A stretch of 64,000 bases of DNA from Balneolaceae bacterium. Lineage in GTDB: Bacteria > Bacteroidota > Rhodothermia > Balneolales > Balneolaceae. This document shows, piece after piece, positions 18,115 through 28,594 of the stretch. Numbering within the stretch: position 1 is the first letter of the stretch; each line of letters begins with the position of its first letter. The notes under the pieces are model-generated. The model made no database searches, was not told the DNA's origin, and was given only the letters and a program-made list of their open reading frames with translations. A program made the position numbers and the translations under genes. The stretch is taken from assembly GCA_040882225.1 (NCBI GenBank), contig JBBEBR010000011.1, forward strand, positions 7,576-71,575. Direction: 5' to 3'.

Positions 18115-21114
18115 ATGCACTTTCTCCTAAAAAGCAGCTTCTTTACACTTTTAATAAGTTTTTGTTTGGTGAATGTTCTCCAGGCACAAGATATCCAGTA
18201 TCCCAAAACTCATAACTATCATGCCGGAATAAACCTGTATGAAGAGGGATTTTTCGAAGAAGCCGTAGAGCAGTTCAATAAGTTTCGTGATTTTTCCCCA
18301 AACCATGAGCTTCAAATTTCGGCTGATTATTTCACCGCTCGCGCAAAAGCTGGATCCGATTCAGCAAACATTGAAGCCTATTATCAACAATTCATTCTTG
18401 AATATCCGGGTAGTGACTTATCAGTTGTTTTACTGAAAGATTTAGGCCATCGTTATACAGAGCAGGGAAAATATGAAGCTGCCATAGAATATTACCAGCA
18501 GGCCATCCAATCGTGGATGAAATCGGTAAAAGCCTCTGAAACTAAATATTGGATAGCGGAAGCCGCCGCAGAAAACAGAGATTATTCAAATTCACGCACC
18601 TATTTTTTAGAACTCGCGGATGAGTATCCAGATTCGAAATGGGCACCAAACGCATTATATGCTCGTGGACGTCTGTACCTGGAGGAAGAAGAGTATGATG
18701 CGTCGGCACAAGCCTTCGAACTTTTGAAGGAAAGATACCCCAGCAATGAAATTACCCGAAGAGTGGGAATTGCCCTGGGCGAATCCTATTACCAACAAGG
18801 CAGATATGAAGAAGCAATAGAAGCTCTCAGAAACGCCCTAACCTATCTTGATACCGATACCAGAACCAAAGCTGTTTTTCTGATTGCTGAAAGTCATAAT
18901 TATCTGAATAACTACGATGATGCGGCTCGATATTATTTACAGCACATCAATCTTACAAAGGGAACTCCAGAGGAACGGATTTCTCACTATGGATTGGGAT
19001 GGTTGTATAACAAGCAGAAAATTTATCATTGGTCGGGAGAGTCTTTTGGAAGAGCTGCTGTTGGGAATGATGAAATAGCCCGTAAAGCGCAATATTACAA
19101 AGCGGTGAACGAAAAACTCGGCGGGCAGTATGCAAAGTCCATGGACTCATTCCGGGAGTTCGGTAATCGCTACAGTGATGGCTTGTGGGTTGAAGAAGCT
19201 TATTACGAATGGGCGATTTCCGCTTTCCAAGCTGCTTTATATGGTGAGTCAATTGAAACCCTGCTAACGCTCGTTCGGAATGAAGACGCTCTCAAAGAGC
19301 CCGGTAAAATCTACACGATGCTGGGCGAGGCTTTTTACGCTAATGCGGAATACACACGGGCAACTCAGGCTTTTGAGGAAGCTGAGAAAGTAGCAGACAT
19401 TGATCCCAGTTTAAAAAGACAAGCCACTTTTCAAAAGGCATGGATTTTATTCCGAAATCAGGCTTATCAACAAGCGCAACCTGTTTTTGAAAGCGTGTAT
19501 ACAGAAGATCCCAACTCTGAGCTCGGCGGAGAAGCGTTATTCTGGAGCGCCGACAGCTATTACAAAATGCGGCAATTTAATCGTGCCGCTCAACGATTCT
19601 CCATCTTCATAGAAAATTATTCTGAAAGTGAATTAATGGGTGCGGCTCTTTATTCTTTGGGATGGAGCTATTTTGAAATGGGTCAGTTTGATAAAGCGGT
19701 TCAGCCTCTGGAGGATTTTCTCGCGAATTATGAACCACCACCCATAGCTCTTTTCCCTTATGATATTGACACCAAGTTAAGAATTGGAGATGCTTATTAT
19801 GCTCTTGGCCAATATGGTGAGGCCATTTCCAATTATAATAAAGCCATCGGCGCGGAACCGGGCGGCGATTATGCGATGTTTCAGGTTGCCAACAGTTACT
19901 ATCGCTCAGGAAGAACTTTTGAGGCTGTAACTAATTTCCGAAAAACGCTTCGGATTTATCCTTTCAGCCGATTGCGTGAACAAGCTCAATACAACATCGC
20001 CTACATTTATTTGAATACGAATAATTATTCTCAAGCGGTTGAAGAGTTTCAAACGGTAATCAACAAATATCCGGGAACGGAATGGGCTGCTCGTTCGCAG
20101 TATAATATTGGGGATGCATATTATAATTCAGGTGAATATGATCGTGCGATTTCCGCATATAGATCCGTGCTGGAAAACTATCCCAAAAGCAGTTATATCA
20201 TCGAAGCGATAAACGGAATTCAATACGCGCAACTTTCGGCAGGTGGCTCTGACAGCAGTTCGGTAATTTTGGAAGAATTTCTAAGTGATAATCCCACAAG
20301 TTCAACCGCCGACCGATTACGTTATCGTCAGGCCGAAAACATATTTCAATCCGGCGATTATGAAAATGCGATTAAAGAATTCCGTCAATATCTGAGAATT
20401 ACAAATTCGGATGAACTGATTCCAGAAGCATATTCAAATCTGGGTGAAGCATACAAGCAAACCGGTCAGCTCGCTAATGCCATAGAAGCATACGAAACCA
20501 TTGTAGAAGATTTCCCCAACGACGATCTTTTTGCCTCCGCGTTAATCACCCTTGGTACTTTGCATTTTGAAAATGGAGAATATCAGCGCTCGCATGGCAG
20601 GTATGCTCATCTACTGGAAACTTCTCCCCGATATCGTCAGGAAGCATATGTAGGCATGGGGAATGCGAGTTTGGAGCAAGGCCGACTGGAGCGGGCAAAA
20701 GAAGAATATGAATCGGCATTGCAGGTAAACTTAAACAGTGAAGCCGCCAAAGCAGGACTTGGAAAAGTAGCCCTGGCCGAAGAAAACTTTGATCAGGCGG
20801 AAGAATTATTAGCTCCCATTGCCGATAGAAGTACAACCGGAGTTGGTGCCGAGGCTCAATATTATTTAGGTGAAATTGATCAAAAACAAGGCAACTACAA
20901 CGCCGCTATTGAAGAATATTCGAAGGTAAAAGTACTTTTCGGAGCGTTTGATTTTTGGGTTTCCAAAGCCATGTATAATACCGCAGAATGTCATATAAGA
21001 TTAGGGAATCGGGGCGAAGCAATGACAGTTTTGAACTCTATTGTGGTATCTTATCCCGGAACAGAAGTTGCCAAAGCAGCTCAAAATTTATTAGATAAAA
21101 CCGGCGACTCGTGA
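18115..21114 (+). CDS. Large exported tetratricopeptide-repeat protein (BamD/CpoB-like repeats)
   Basis: Signal peptide; many A.Y..G..YY..G.Y..A...F repeats with YP turns. Confidence 0.85.
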   Translation: MHFLLKSSFFTLLISFCLVNVLQAQDIQYPKTHNYHAGINLYEEGFFEEAVEQFNKFRDFSPNHELQISADYFTARAKAGSDSANIEAYYQQFILEYPGSDLSVVLLKDLGHRYTEQGKYEAAIEYYQQAIQSWMKSVKASETKYWIAEAAAENRDYSNSRTYFLELADEYPDSKWAPNALYARGRLYLEEEEYDASAQAFELLKERYPSNEITRRVGIALGESYYQQGRYEEAIEALRNALTYLDTDTRTKAVFLIAESHNYLNNYDDAARYYLQHINLTKGTPEERISHYGLGWLYNKQKIYHWSGESFGRAAVGNDEIARKAQYYKAVNEKLGGQYAKSMDSFREFGNRYSDGLWVEEAYYEWAISAFQAALYGESIETLLTLVRNEDALKEPGKIYTMLGEAFYANAEYTRATQAFEEAEKVADIDPSLKRQATFQKAWILFRNQAYQQAQPVFESVYTEDPNSELGGEALFWSADSYYKMRQFNRAAQRFSIFIENYSESELMGAALYSLGWSYFEMGQFDKAVQPLEDFLANYEPPPIALFPYDIDTKLRIGDAYYALGQYGEAISNYNKAIGAEPGGDYAMFQVANSYYRSGRTFEAVTNFRKTLRIYPFSRLREQAQYNIAYIYLNTNNYSQAVEEFQTVINKYPGTEWAARSQYNIGDAYYNSGEYDRAISAYRSVLENYPKSSYIIEAINGIQYAQLSAGGSDSSSVILEEFLSDNPTSSTADRLRYRQAENIFQSGDYENAIKEFRQYLRITNSDELIPEAYSNLGEAYKQTGQLANAIEAYETIVEDFPNDDLFASALITLGTLHFENGEYQRSHGRYAHLLETSPRYRQEAYVGMGNASLEQGRLERAKEEYESALQVNLNSEAAKAGLGKVALAEENFDQAEELLAPIADRSTTGVGAEAQYYLGEIDQKQGNYNAAIEEYSKVKVLFGAFDFWVSKAMYNTAECHIRLGNRGEAMTVLNSIVVSYPGTEVAKAAQNLLDKTGDS

Positions 21115-21181
21115 TTTCTGATTATAGGGTTTATAAATTTATGCTGATCGTTTTTTACAAAAATTCTTATTCAGATTACAC

Positions 21182-22465
21182 ATGATCAAACATGTACTAC
21201 CTGTTGCATCTTTAAAAGGTGAACTATCACTTCCACCTGATAAATCCATTTCGCAGCGCGCCGCTATTTTTTCTTTATTACATGAAGGGGTTTCAGAAGT
21301 GAAAAATTATTCCCCGGCACAAGATCCTCAAAGTACTTTGAGTTGTGTTCAGCAATTAGGCGCTGACATTCAGCACTCGGAAAATACGCTCAACATCAAA
21401 GGAACGGGAAGAGCAGGGTTGAACTCTCCCAAAAAAGATATGGATTGCGGAAATTCAGGCACTGCCATGCGATTGCTTTCGGGAGTGTTAACCGGCGCGG
21501 GAATTTCAGCAAAATTAATAGGTGATGATTCTCTTTGTGGTAGAACCATGACGCGGATCATCCATCCTTTAGAAAAAATGGGAGCGCATATTTTAGCGAG
21601 AAATGGCGCTTATGCTCCACTTTATATCAACAGGAATGAACCGTTAAAAGCTCTTCATTTTGAATTACCGATTCCCAGTGCACAATTAAAATCCTGCATC
21701 TTGTTGGCGGGATTGTTTGGGGAAGAAATTACCCGTGTTGTAGAAACTTTACCCAGCCGCGATCATACCGAGCGGCTGTTGAATTTGAATGTAGAATCCG
21801 GCGACGGACAAAAAGTCATTTCGGCAAGTCTGGCGGATGAAATTCCAAATCAAAGCTACACTATTCCGGGAGATTTTTCCGCCGCCGCTTTTTGGCTGGC
21901 AGCCGGCGCAATTCATTCGGAGGCGGAATTATTCTTGCAAAACGTTGGCTTAAATCCCACCAGAAATGCTTTTCTCCATTTATTGATTGAAATGGGAGCA
22001 GATCTCACCATACAAAACGAAAGAAATGAAGGTGCCGAACCGGTAGGGGAAATCAGCATAAAAAGCTCATCTTTAAAAGCTATAGAAGTAGATCCTAAAG
22101 TCATACCAAATTGCATTGATGAACTTCCCGTGCTTGCCGTAGCTATGCTATTTGCGGAAGGAACTTCTGTCATTTCCGGGGCCGAAGAACTGCGCCATAA
22201 AGAAACAGATCGAATAATGGCTATAGCTAACATGTTAAAATCCGTGGGAGCCAATTTCGAAGAGAAAGAAGACGGGCTCATCATTCATGGAAATCCGGAT
22301 TATTCTTTTGAATCAGCCGCCTTCAAAAGCTTCCATGATCATCGCATTGCAATGGCTGCTGCCGTTCTCTCTCTCAAAGGGAAAAAAGAAAGCAGAATAA
22401 TAGACGCCGAATGCGCAGCTGTTTCTTACCCGAATTTTTGGAAGGACCTGGAGAAGATTAGCTAA
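21182..22465 (+). CDS. aroA: 3-phosphoshikimate 1-carboxyvinyltransferase (EPSP synthase)
   Basis: DKSISQRA, DCGNSGTAMRL, SAQLKS, RDHTE, NPTR, DELP, ELRHKETDR, DHRIAMA. Confidence 0.96.
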   Translation: MIKHVLPVASLKGELSLPPDKSISQRAAIFSLLHEGVSEVKNYSPAQDPQSTLSCVQQLGADIQHSENTLNIKGTGRAGLNSPKKDMDCGNSGTAMRLLSGVLTGAGISAKLIGDDSLCGRTMTRIIHPLEKMGAHILARNGAYAPLYINRNEPLKALHFELPIPSAQLKSCILLAGLFGEEITRVVETLPSRDHTERLLNLNVESGDGQKVISASLADEIPNQSYTIPGDFSAAAFWLAAGAIHSEAELFLQNVGLNPTRNAFLHLLIEMGADLTIQNERNEGAEPVGEISIKSSSLKAIEVDPKVIPNCIDELPVLAVAMLFAEGTSVISGAEELRHKETDRIMAIANMLKSVGANFEEKEDGLIIHGNPDYSFESAAFKSFHDHRIAMAAAVLSLKGKKESRIIDAECAAVSYPNFWKDLEKIS

Positions 22466-22523
22466 TTTTATAGCTGGTTGTTTTTACCTACTTTGGGAGA
22501 ATCTTTTAATTGATTTAGAAAAA

Positions 22524-23621
22524 ATGGGATATCTAAAAGCAATCTTCTCCGTTTTCCTTTTGTGTAATTTAATGAGCTGTGCAGCTGAATCAACTGGCAA
22601 TTCTGAGATAAAAACAACAGAGCTTAAAGATTTCGAGCTTTTTGTTAGCCTTGAATCAAACACTTTAGCGATTCCAAACATCATTAAATACGATAAGAAT
22701 CTTTTCGTTTATGATATAGGGCACGGTAAAATCATAGAAATTGGGCAGGATAAAAAAGTGGTGAGAGAGTTTGGAAGAGCCGGACGCGGACCAGGAGAAT
22801 TTTTATTAGTCAACAACATTTTCCTCACTGAAGACCATCTTTATATAGTTGATAACGTTCAACTCCTTACTCATAAATATCATAAGAACGGAGAGCTTCA
22901 ATCTTCTTTTGATTTTGGGAAAATAACAAAACAGCCAATTGCGCCACCTCCACCCGCCGGTTTAATGGCTATGGAAATTGACAATCAGCCTTTTATATCC
23001 TTGCAAGGTGATATCATGTTGTCAACTGTGAATGTTGGCACTACTGACGGCAATATTTTTGAACTATTGAATTGGGAGGGAGATAAACTATCAGAACTTG
23101 GAGAAGTGCCCGAAGGAAGTACATTCGACCTTGATTATGTAAAACTAAGACAAGATGTATCTCAAAGAGAAATCCCCTCATTTTACCGTTCTAACAGTTT
23201 TCCGGTGAGTGATTATGCAAATCCAGATGAATTTTTCGTGGTATATAGTTCCCTGCCTAAAATAGCCAAGTACAAAGCCGATGGAGAAAAAATATGGGAA
23301 CACGAAATTAAAAGTACTGAAACAGATAGCATCAGCAATCGGTTTTTTGAAGTGATGGATGATATGAGGAAATCTTCAGATATAAGAGATAGAATTGATC
23401 TTGAATATTATACTTCTGGAATTAGCGGCGAAAACGGAGATATTTATTTAGTGGTAAATTCACGCCCCGTTGTGGTTCATCAATTCAGTGGAACGGGAGA
23501 ATTGATACATAAATACAAATTTACTTCTGAAGAAATTACCCCAATACTCGATTTTGACTTTGCCAATAAGCGTGTATTCGCAGTTACGAAAGAGGGTGAA
23601 GTTCGGACTTACTCGTTCTAA
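22524..23621 (+). CDS. Six-bladed beta-propeller lipoprotein
   Basis: Lipobox LMSC; FGRAGRGPGEF NHL/TolB-like motif. Confidence 0.7.
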   Translation: MGYLKAIFSVFLLCNLMSCAAESTGNSEIKTTELKDFELFVSLESNTLAIPNIIKYDKNLFVYDIGHGKIIEIGQDKKVVREFGRAGRGPGEFLLVNNIFLTEDHLYIVDNVQLLTHKYHKNGELQSSFDFGKITKQPIAPPPPAGLMAMEIDNQPFISLQGDIMLSTVNVGTTDGNIFELLNWEGDKLSELGEVPEGSTFDLDYVKLRQDVSQREIPSFYRSNSFPVSDYANPDEFFVVYSSLPKIAKYKADGEKIWEHEIKSTETDSISNRFFEVMDDMRKSSDIRDRIDLEYYTSGISGENGDIYLVVNSRPVVVHQFSGTGELIHKYKFTSEEITPILDFDFANKRVFAVTKEGEVRTYSF

Positions 23622-23706
23622 TACAAATATCTTTCTCGGCATAACTACTCGTGTACCCTGACATTCCGTCCGTCAATACGTCAGTTTTACCAAGTACTAC
23701 CCTGAT

Positions 23707-23722
23707 TGGCACCGCTATTGCT
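23707..23722 (+). promoter_or_regulatory. Sigma54 (-24/-12) promoter upstream of hsp20-dnaK
   Basis: TGGCAC-CGCTA-TTGCT, with GG at 23708-9 and GC at 23720-1 separated by exactly 10 nt. Confidence 0.75.
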
Positions 23723-23757
23723 TAATGACTCGTGAACCCAAATTAATAGTAAGCACA

Positions 23758-24192
23758 ATGAGCGATTTTACAGGCTTTGGTATCGAAATTGAGAAGCATC
23801 TTTCGAAGCTGGGAAAAGACATTCAACAATTTGTTGAAAAGGTAGTACCTCTTGCAAGTGAGGGTAAAGACTTTGCTCCCGATTGTGACATTGTGGAAAG
23901 TGAAGCCGAATTTAAAGTTTTGCTTGATCTTCCAGGGCTTTCCAAAAAAGAAATTGGAATCGCTCTGAAAGACAATGTGCTTACGGTAAAGGGAGAAAGA
24001 GAAATCACCGCAGATGAAGGGGAAGAGTTCAAGCGTCAGGAACGCAAGAGAGGAGCTTTCGCCCGGGCTTTTGCGGTACCGCAGAATGTAAATGCGGCAG
24101 AAATACAAGCAAATTTCAGGAATGGCGTACTTACTGTAAGCATGCCAAAATCGGATGTATTGAAAGACTCTCAATCCATACCGGTTAATTAA
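23758..24192 (+). CDS. Small heat-shock protein (Hsp20/alpha-crystallin)
   Basis: DLPGLSKKEI.I.LKDNVLTVKGER, ER..G.F.RAF..P, A.FRNGVLTVSMPK; ATG 23758 preferred because 23725 lies at the predicted transcription start. Confidence 0.92.
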   Translation: MSDFTGFGIEIEKHLSKLGKDIQQFVEKVVPLASEGKDFAPDCDIVESEAEFKVLLDLPGLSKKEIGIALKDNVLTVKGEREITADEGEEFKRQERKRGAFARAFAVPQNVNAAEIQANFRNGVLTVSMPKSDVLKDSQSIPVN

Positions 24193-24200
24193 AAGTATTC

Positions 24201-24261
24201 GCCACGAATGCACAAAATCACAAAAACTTTTAGTGCTTTAGTGCTTTCGTGATTCAGTGGC
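24201..24261. repeat. Imperfect inverted repeat with 8-9-nt internal periodicity
   Basis: GCCACGAATGCACAAAATCACAAAAA...TTTTAGTGCTTTAGTGCTTTCGTGATTCAGTGGC. Confidence 0.55.
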
Positions 24262-24300
24262 TAAAAAAACATTTAATACAATAAAACAAGACTCAGACCA

Positions 24301-26244
24301 ATGGGAAAGATTATAGGAATTGATTTAGGAACAACAAACTCGTGCGTTGCCGTGATGGAAGGCAATGAGCCAGTTGTAATTCAAAATAGTGAGGGCGGCA
24401 GAACTACCCCTTCGGTTGTTGCTTTCACTAAAGACGGCGAGCGGATGGTAGGGGCACCGGCAAAGCGCCAGGCAATCACTAATCCTCAAAAAACCGTTGC
24501 TTCCGTAAAACGCTTTATGGGGCGCAAATACGATGAGGTAAAAGAAGAAACCAAACAAGTGGCATATGAAGTTGCCAATGCTGATGACGGCACAGCGCGT
24601 GTAAAAATTGAAGACCGTCTCTACGCGCCGCAGGAAATTTCCGCTATGGTTCTTCAAAAAATGAAGCAAACCGCGGAAGAATATCTTGGGGAAAAAGTAA
24701 CCGAAGCGGTTATTACCGTTCCCGCTTATTTTAATGACGCACAGCGAAAAGCAACGCAGGAAGCCGGAAAAATTGCCGGGCTTGATGTGAAGAGGATCAT
24801 CAACGAACCAACCGCGGCTTCTTTAGCCTACGGCCTGGATAAGAAAGATATCGACCAAACTATAGCTGTTTATGACCTTGGTGGTGGTACATTCGACGTT
24901 TCTATTCTTGAATTAGGTGATGGTGTATTTGAAGTTAAATCCACACATGGTGATACTCATCTTGGTGGCGATGACTTTGATCAGCGCATTATAGATTTCC
25001 TTGCAGATGAGTTCAAGAAAGATGAAGGAATTGATCTTCGGAAAGATCCAATGGCAATGCAGCGTCTAAAAGATGCCGCCGAGAAAGCTAAAATTGAACT
25101 TTCCAGTTCACAAAAAACAAATGTGAACCTCCCCTTTGTTACCGCAACTCAAGATGGCCCAAAACATTTGAACATTGATTTAAGCCGTGCAAAATTTGAG
25201 CAGTTGGTGGACGACCTTGTGAAAAGATCCATCACTCCGTGTGAAAAAGCGTTGAAAGACGCCGGCTTCACAAAAGATGATATTGATCAGGTAATTCTGG
25301 TTGGTGGTTCAACACGTATTCCTAAAATTCAGGAAGCCGTTAAGGAATTTTTCGGAAAAGAGCCAAGTAAGGGCGTAAATCCCGATGAAGTAGTAGCCGT
25401 TGGAGCTGCTATTCAGGGTGGCGTACTTTCCGGTGATGTGGAAGATGTAGTGTTGCTTGATGTAACGCCATTAACACTCGGTATTGAAACTTTGGGTGGA
25501 GTTATGACCCCGCTTATTGAATCGAACAGCACTATCCCAACCAGTAAATCGCAGTCATTTTCTACCGCTGCGGCTAATCAGTCGAGCGTAGAAATTCATG
25601 TGCTACAGGGAGAACGGGCTAAAGCGGTTGATAACAGAACGCTCGGGCGTTTTCATTTGGATGGAATTCCACCGGCTCCGCGCGGCGTTCCTCAAATTGA
25701 GGTAACTTTTGATATTGACGCAAACGGCGTTTTAAATATTAAAGCAAAGGATAAAGGAACCGGAAAAGAGCAAAGTATTCGCATCGAATCTTCTTCTGGC
25801 TTAAGTGATGAGGAAATCGTAAAAATGAAAACTGCTGCCGAGGAGCACGCCGAAGAAGATAAGAAGCTTCGCGAACGAATCGAGAAGTTGAATCAGGCCG
25901 ACAGTTTAATTTTTTCAACAAAGAAGCAACTTGAAGAATATGGCGACAAAATTTCCGAAGGAAATAAATCAGCCATTGAAGATGCCGTTGAGAAACTGGA
26001 AGCCGCTCATAAAGAAGAAAACATAGAAGAGATAGATACAGCGGTTGAAGCGGTTAACAAAGCATGGTCGGCTGCTTCCGAAGAAATCTACAAAGCGAGT
26101 CAGGAAGAAGCGGCTGCCGGTGCAGAAGACGGCAAAGCTGGCGGAGAGTCTGGTGAAAAATCAACGGAAGACAGTGAAAGCGAAGGTGGCGATGACGCCG
26201 TTGACGCCGATTACGAAGTAGTTGATGACGATGACAAGAAATAA
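24301..26244 (+). CDS. dnaK: Chaperone DnaK (Hsp70)
   Basis: [52 protein letters not shown]. Confidence 0.99.
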   Translation: MGKIIGIDLGTTNSCVAVMEGNEPVVIQNSEGGRTTPSVVAFTKDGERMVGAPAKRQAITNPQKTVASVKRFMGRKYDEVKEETKQVAYEVANADDGTARVKIEDRLYAPQEISAMVLQKMKQTAEEYLGEKVTEAVITVPAYFNDAQRKATQEAGKIAGLDVKRIINEPTAASLAYGLDKKDIDQTIAVYDLGGGTFDVSILELGDGVFEVKSTHGDTHLGGDDFDQRIIDFLADEFKKDEGIDLRKDPMAMQRLKDAAEKAKIELSSSQKTNVNLPFVTATQDGPKHLNIDLSRAKFEQLVDDLVKRSITPCEKALKDAGFTKDDIDQVILVGGSTRIPKIQEAVKEFFGKEPSKGVNPDEVVAVGAAIQGGVLSGDVEDVVLLDVTPLTLGIETLGGVMTPLIESNSTIPTSKSQSFSTAAANQSSVEIHVLQGERAKAVDNRTLGRFHLDGIPPAPRGVPQIEVTFDIDANGVLNIKAKDKGTGKEQSIRIESSSGLSDEEIVKMKTAAEEHAEEDKKLRERIEKLNQADSLIFSTKKQLEEYGDKISEGNKSAIEDAVEKLEAAHKEENIEEIDTAVEAVNKAWSAASEEIYKASQEEAAAGAEDGKAGGESGEKSTEDSESEGGDDAVDADYEVVDDDDKK

Positions 26245-26266
26245 CATTTCTTGTTGAAACGATATC

Positions 26267-26301
26267 AAATCCCGCTCATTAAATTGGGCGGGATTTTTTT
26301 T
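26267..26301 (+). terminator. Rho-independent terminator of dnaK
   Basis: AAATCCCGCTCA-loop-TGGGCGGGATTT followed by a T run. Confidence 0.85.
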
Positions 26302-26349
26302 GCCTAATCTTTCTGTATTTCAAATATGTCGACACCTCTTTAGGGAGAA

Positions 26350-26403
26350 CACCCCAAAATTTGTTTCTGGACGAAACAAATTTATCCCCTCTGGGATAGG
26401 GGA
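26350..26403. repeat. REP-like double hairpin
   Basis: Perfect arms AAATTTGTTTC-TGGAC-GAAACAAATTT (26357-26383), then TCCCCT-CTGGGAT-AGGGGA. Confidence 0.5.
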
Positions 26404-26435
26404 ATTTTAAAGACAGAGGTATTACGATTTAGTTA

Positions 26436-28547
26436 TCAAGCCTTGGGTAGATCTATATAAAAAGTAGTTCCTTTATTTTCTTCACTTTCGAAGCGGATTC
26501 TGCCATTCATTTTTTCGATGAATTCTTTAACGAGACTTAATCCAAAACCTGTTCCTTTTTCGTTGAGGGTGCCCTCGCGAGACCAGCTTTTATTTTCAAA
26601 AATCTTATGAGAAACATTTGCTGGTATCCCAATTCCGGTATCTTCTATAATAAACTGCACATAAGGCTCATTTAGATTGCAAGTAACCGTTATATTATCT
26701 CCGCTATTTGTGAATTTTATACTATTACTTACAAGATTTCTTAGTACTAATTCTAAAGCGTTTCTATCTGCTAAAACATTAAAATTTTTAGCAATCTTAT
26801 TTTTTAAGGTCACTTTTTTCTTTGAGGCCAAAAATTCTTGCCGAGCAAAAACCTCTGCTGCAATTTCCTTAATATTTACTTTTTCCAGAGATAAGCTTAC
26901 TCCAGAAAGCTGCTCTTTTGCCCATGCAAGTAAATCCTCCATCGCCTCTATATTCTGTTGAATAGACTGCTCAAGTTCTTGTGCAAATTCATGAATTTCT
27001 TCTTTAGAGAGCGCATCATTTTTGATCAGGTAAAGAATTCCTTGCATCGAGGCCAGCGGCGATCTCAAGTCATGTGATATAATTGCGAATAATTTGTCTT
27101 TAGATTTATTCAGCTCTTCAAGCTCTGCCTTTTGTGCCTGCAGGTGCTTATTTATTTCCTGATTCTCTTTTGCTCTTTTCTTCATCAAAAAGAGAATGAC
27201 CAATATCAGGCAAAGCACGATTACACTGGCTACAATCAATATATACTGAAAATGCAGTCGGCGTTCTTGTTGCACCTGTTTTTCCTGCAATAACCTGTTT
27301 ATTTCACTTTGCCGGTCTAAGGCCATTTTGTTTTCGAGATTAGCCAAGGCTTGTTCTTTTTCAAGATCAAGAAGGCTGTCGGCAGTCGCTTTATAGTGTT
27401 CTAAATAGGTGAGCGCTTCCGCAAAATTATTAGCTTCGCGATTTGCCAGATATAACATGTCTCTCGCTTCCTGAAGGAAAGGGATATTTTGAATTTGTTT
27501 GGCAATCTCATACGCTTTTTGTAGATGATATAAAGCTTCATCATAGCGATTGTTATGGTAGTATAAGTTGCCGTAACCGAAATTATTATAATAAATGCCG
27601 GGAAGGATATTATTCTCTTCGGAAATTTTTAACGATTCCTCAAAGTACTCTTTCGCTTTTTTTGTTTCTCCCATACTGCTGTAGAGCCTTCCTAAATTAT
27701 AATATATAACCACTGGCGCCGATCCCGGCCGAATTTCCCGCTCAAGTTCCAGTGCTGTATTATATAATTCAATAGCTTCCTCGTACCGGCTCTGATTGTT
27801 CCGGGTATTCGCTAAATTCAGATTAATCCGGTACAGCTCAATTTTCAGGCTCTTGATTTGAGCTAATCCTTTAGCTTTTTCGAGATAGTAGCCAGCTTCC
27901 TCAAAATTATCAACATGATTATAGGCATTACCGGTATTATTCAATGTGGTAACCCAAAAAACCGTATCGCGGGTCATTTCAGCAAATTCCAAGGCGCTAA
28001 GATAGTTTTGAAAAGCCTGGTTTCTATCTCCTTGACTAAAATAAGTACTTGCCATATTTAAGCGAATTCCCGCTGTGGTCCTCGCTTGTCCGGCTTCCGG
28101 CATTTGAGTTATCAGGCTCAGAGCTTTTTCATAATGCGCTATGGCAACCTGATGGTCACTTTTATACTGATACGCAGTTGCCAGAAAATTATAAAAATAA
28201 ACCTTTCGCCGGCTGTTTGGATAATCCTGAATTGCCTGCTCAAGAATATAAATAACGGAATCGTTTTTTTGCTGGTTCAGATAAAGATCAGCAAGTTGAA
28301 CAATCGATGAAGCTTTTCCATATTCGTAGTTTAGTGAATCAGAGAGGTGCCATACCGTTCTGATTTCTGACCTTGCTTCAGGATATTCACCTTTATTAAT
28401 AAGCAGCTCAATTTCGCTTATCAACTCATTAACAAAAACGGTGTCGGTCTTTGATGCCGGATGTGTTTGCTTCGCTGAAGCATTTATAGCCAGAAAGGCT
28501 AACAAAATGTAGGGAATCAAAAATTTTAAAAATTTTCTGCTTTTCAT
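26436..28547 (-). CDS. TPR-sensor histidine kinase (HisKA + HATPase_c)
   Basis: Signal peptide, TPRs, TM helix, H-box IISHDLRSPL, N-box NLVSNSIKF, DTGIGI, GTGFGL; start moved to ATG 28547. Confidence 0.9.
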   Translation of the reverse strand: MKSRKFLKFLIPYILLAFLAINASAKQTHPASKTDTVFVNELISEIELLINKGEYPEARSEIRTVWHLSDSLNYEYGKASSIVQLADLYLNQQKNDSVIYILEQAIQDYPNSRRKVYFYNFLATAYQYKSDHQVAIAHYEKALSLITQMPEAGQARTTAGIRLNMASTYFSQGDRNQAFQNYLSALEFAEMTRDTVFWVTTLNNTGNAYNHVDNFEEAGYYLEKAKGLAQIKSLKIELYRINLNLANTRNNQSRYEEAIELYNTALELEREIRPGSAPVVIYYNLGRLYSSMGETKKAKEYFEESLKISEENNILPGIYYNNFGYGNLYYHNNRYDEALYHLQKAYEIAKQIQNIPFLQEARDMLYLANREANNFAEALTYLEHYKATADSLLDLEKEQALANLENKMALDRQSEINRLLQEKQVQQERRLHFQYILIVASVIVLCLILVILFLMKKRAKENQEINKHLQAQKAELEELNKSKDKLFAIISHDLRSPLASMQGILYLIKNDALSKEEIHEFAQELEQSIQQNIEAMEDLLAWAKEQLSGVSLSLEKVNIKEIAAEVFARQEFLASKKKVTLKNKIAKNFNVLADRNALELVLRNLVSNSIKFTNSGDNITVTCNLNEPYVQFIIEDTGIGIPANVSHKIFENKSWSREGTLNEKGTGFGLSLVKEFIEKMNGRIRFESEENKGTTFYIDLPKA

Positions 28548-28594
28548 TAGCTCAAGAGTAAAAAACGTGCATATCTCTGATAAAAATTTTTCAA

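Noticed and set aside
23743-24213. 156-aa antisense ORF over hsp20, and other shadow ORFs (e.g. 939..1244, 9707..10117, 31062..31463, 49616..50194, 62906..63331)
   Set aside because: They lie fully opposite or out of frame to well-supported genes and have no recognisable motifs.
24228-24247. Possible CIRCE before dnaK (TTAGTGCTTTAGTGC)
   Set aside because: It lacks TTAGCACTC-N9-GAGTGCTAA and is part of a periodic palindrome.
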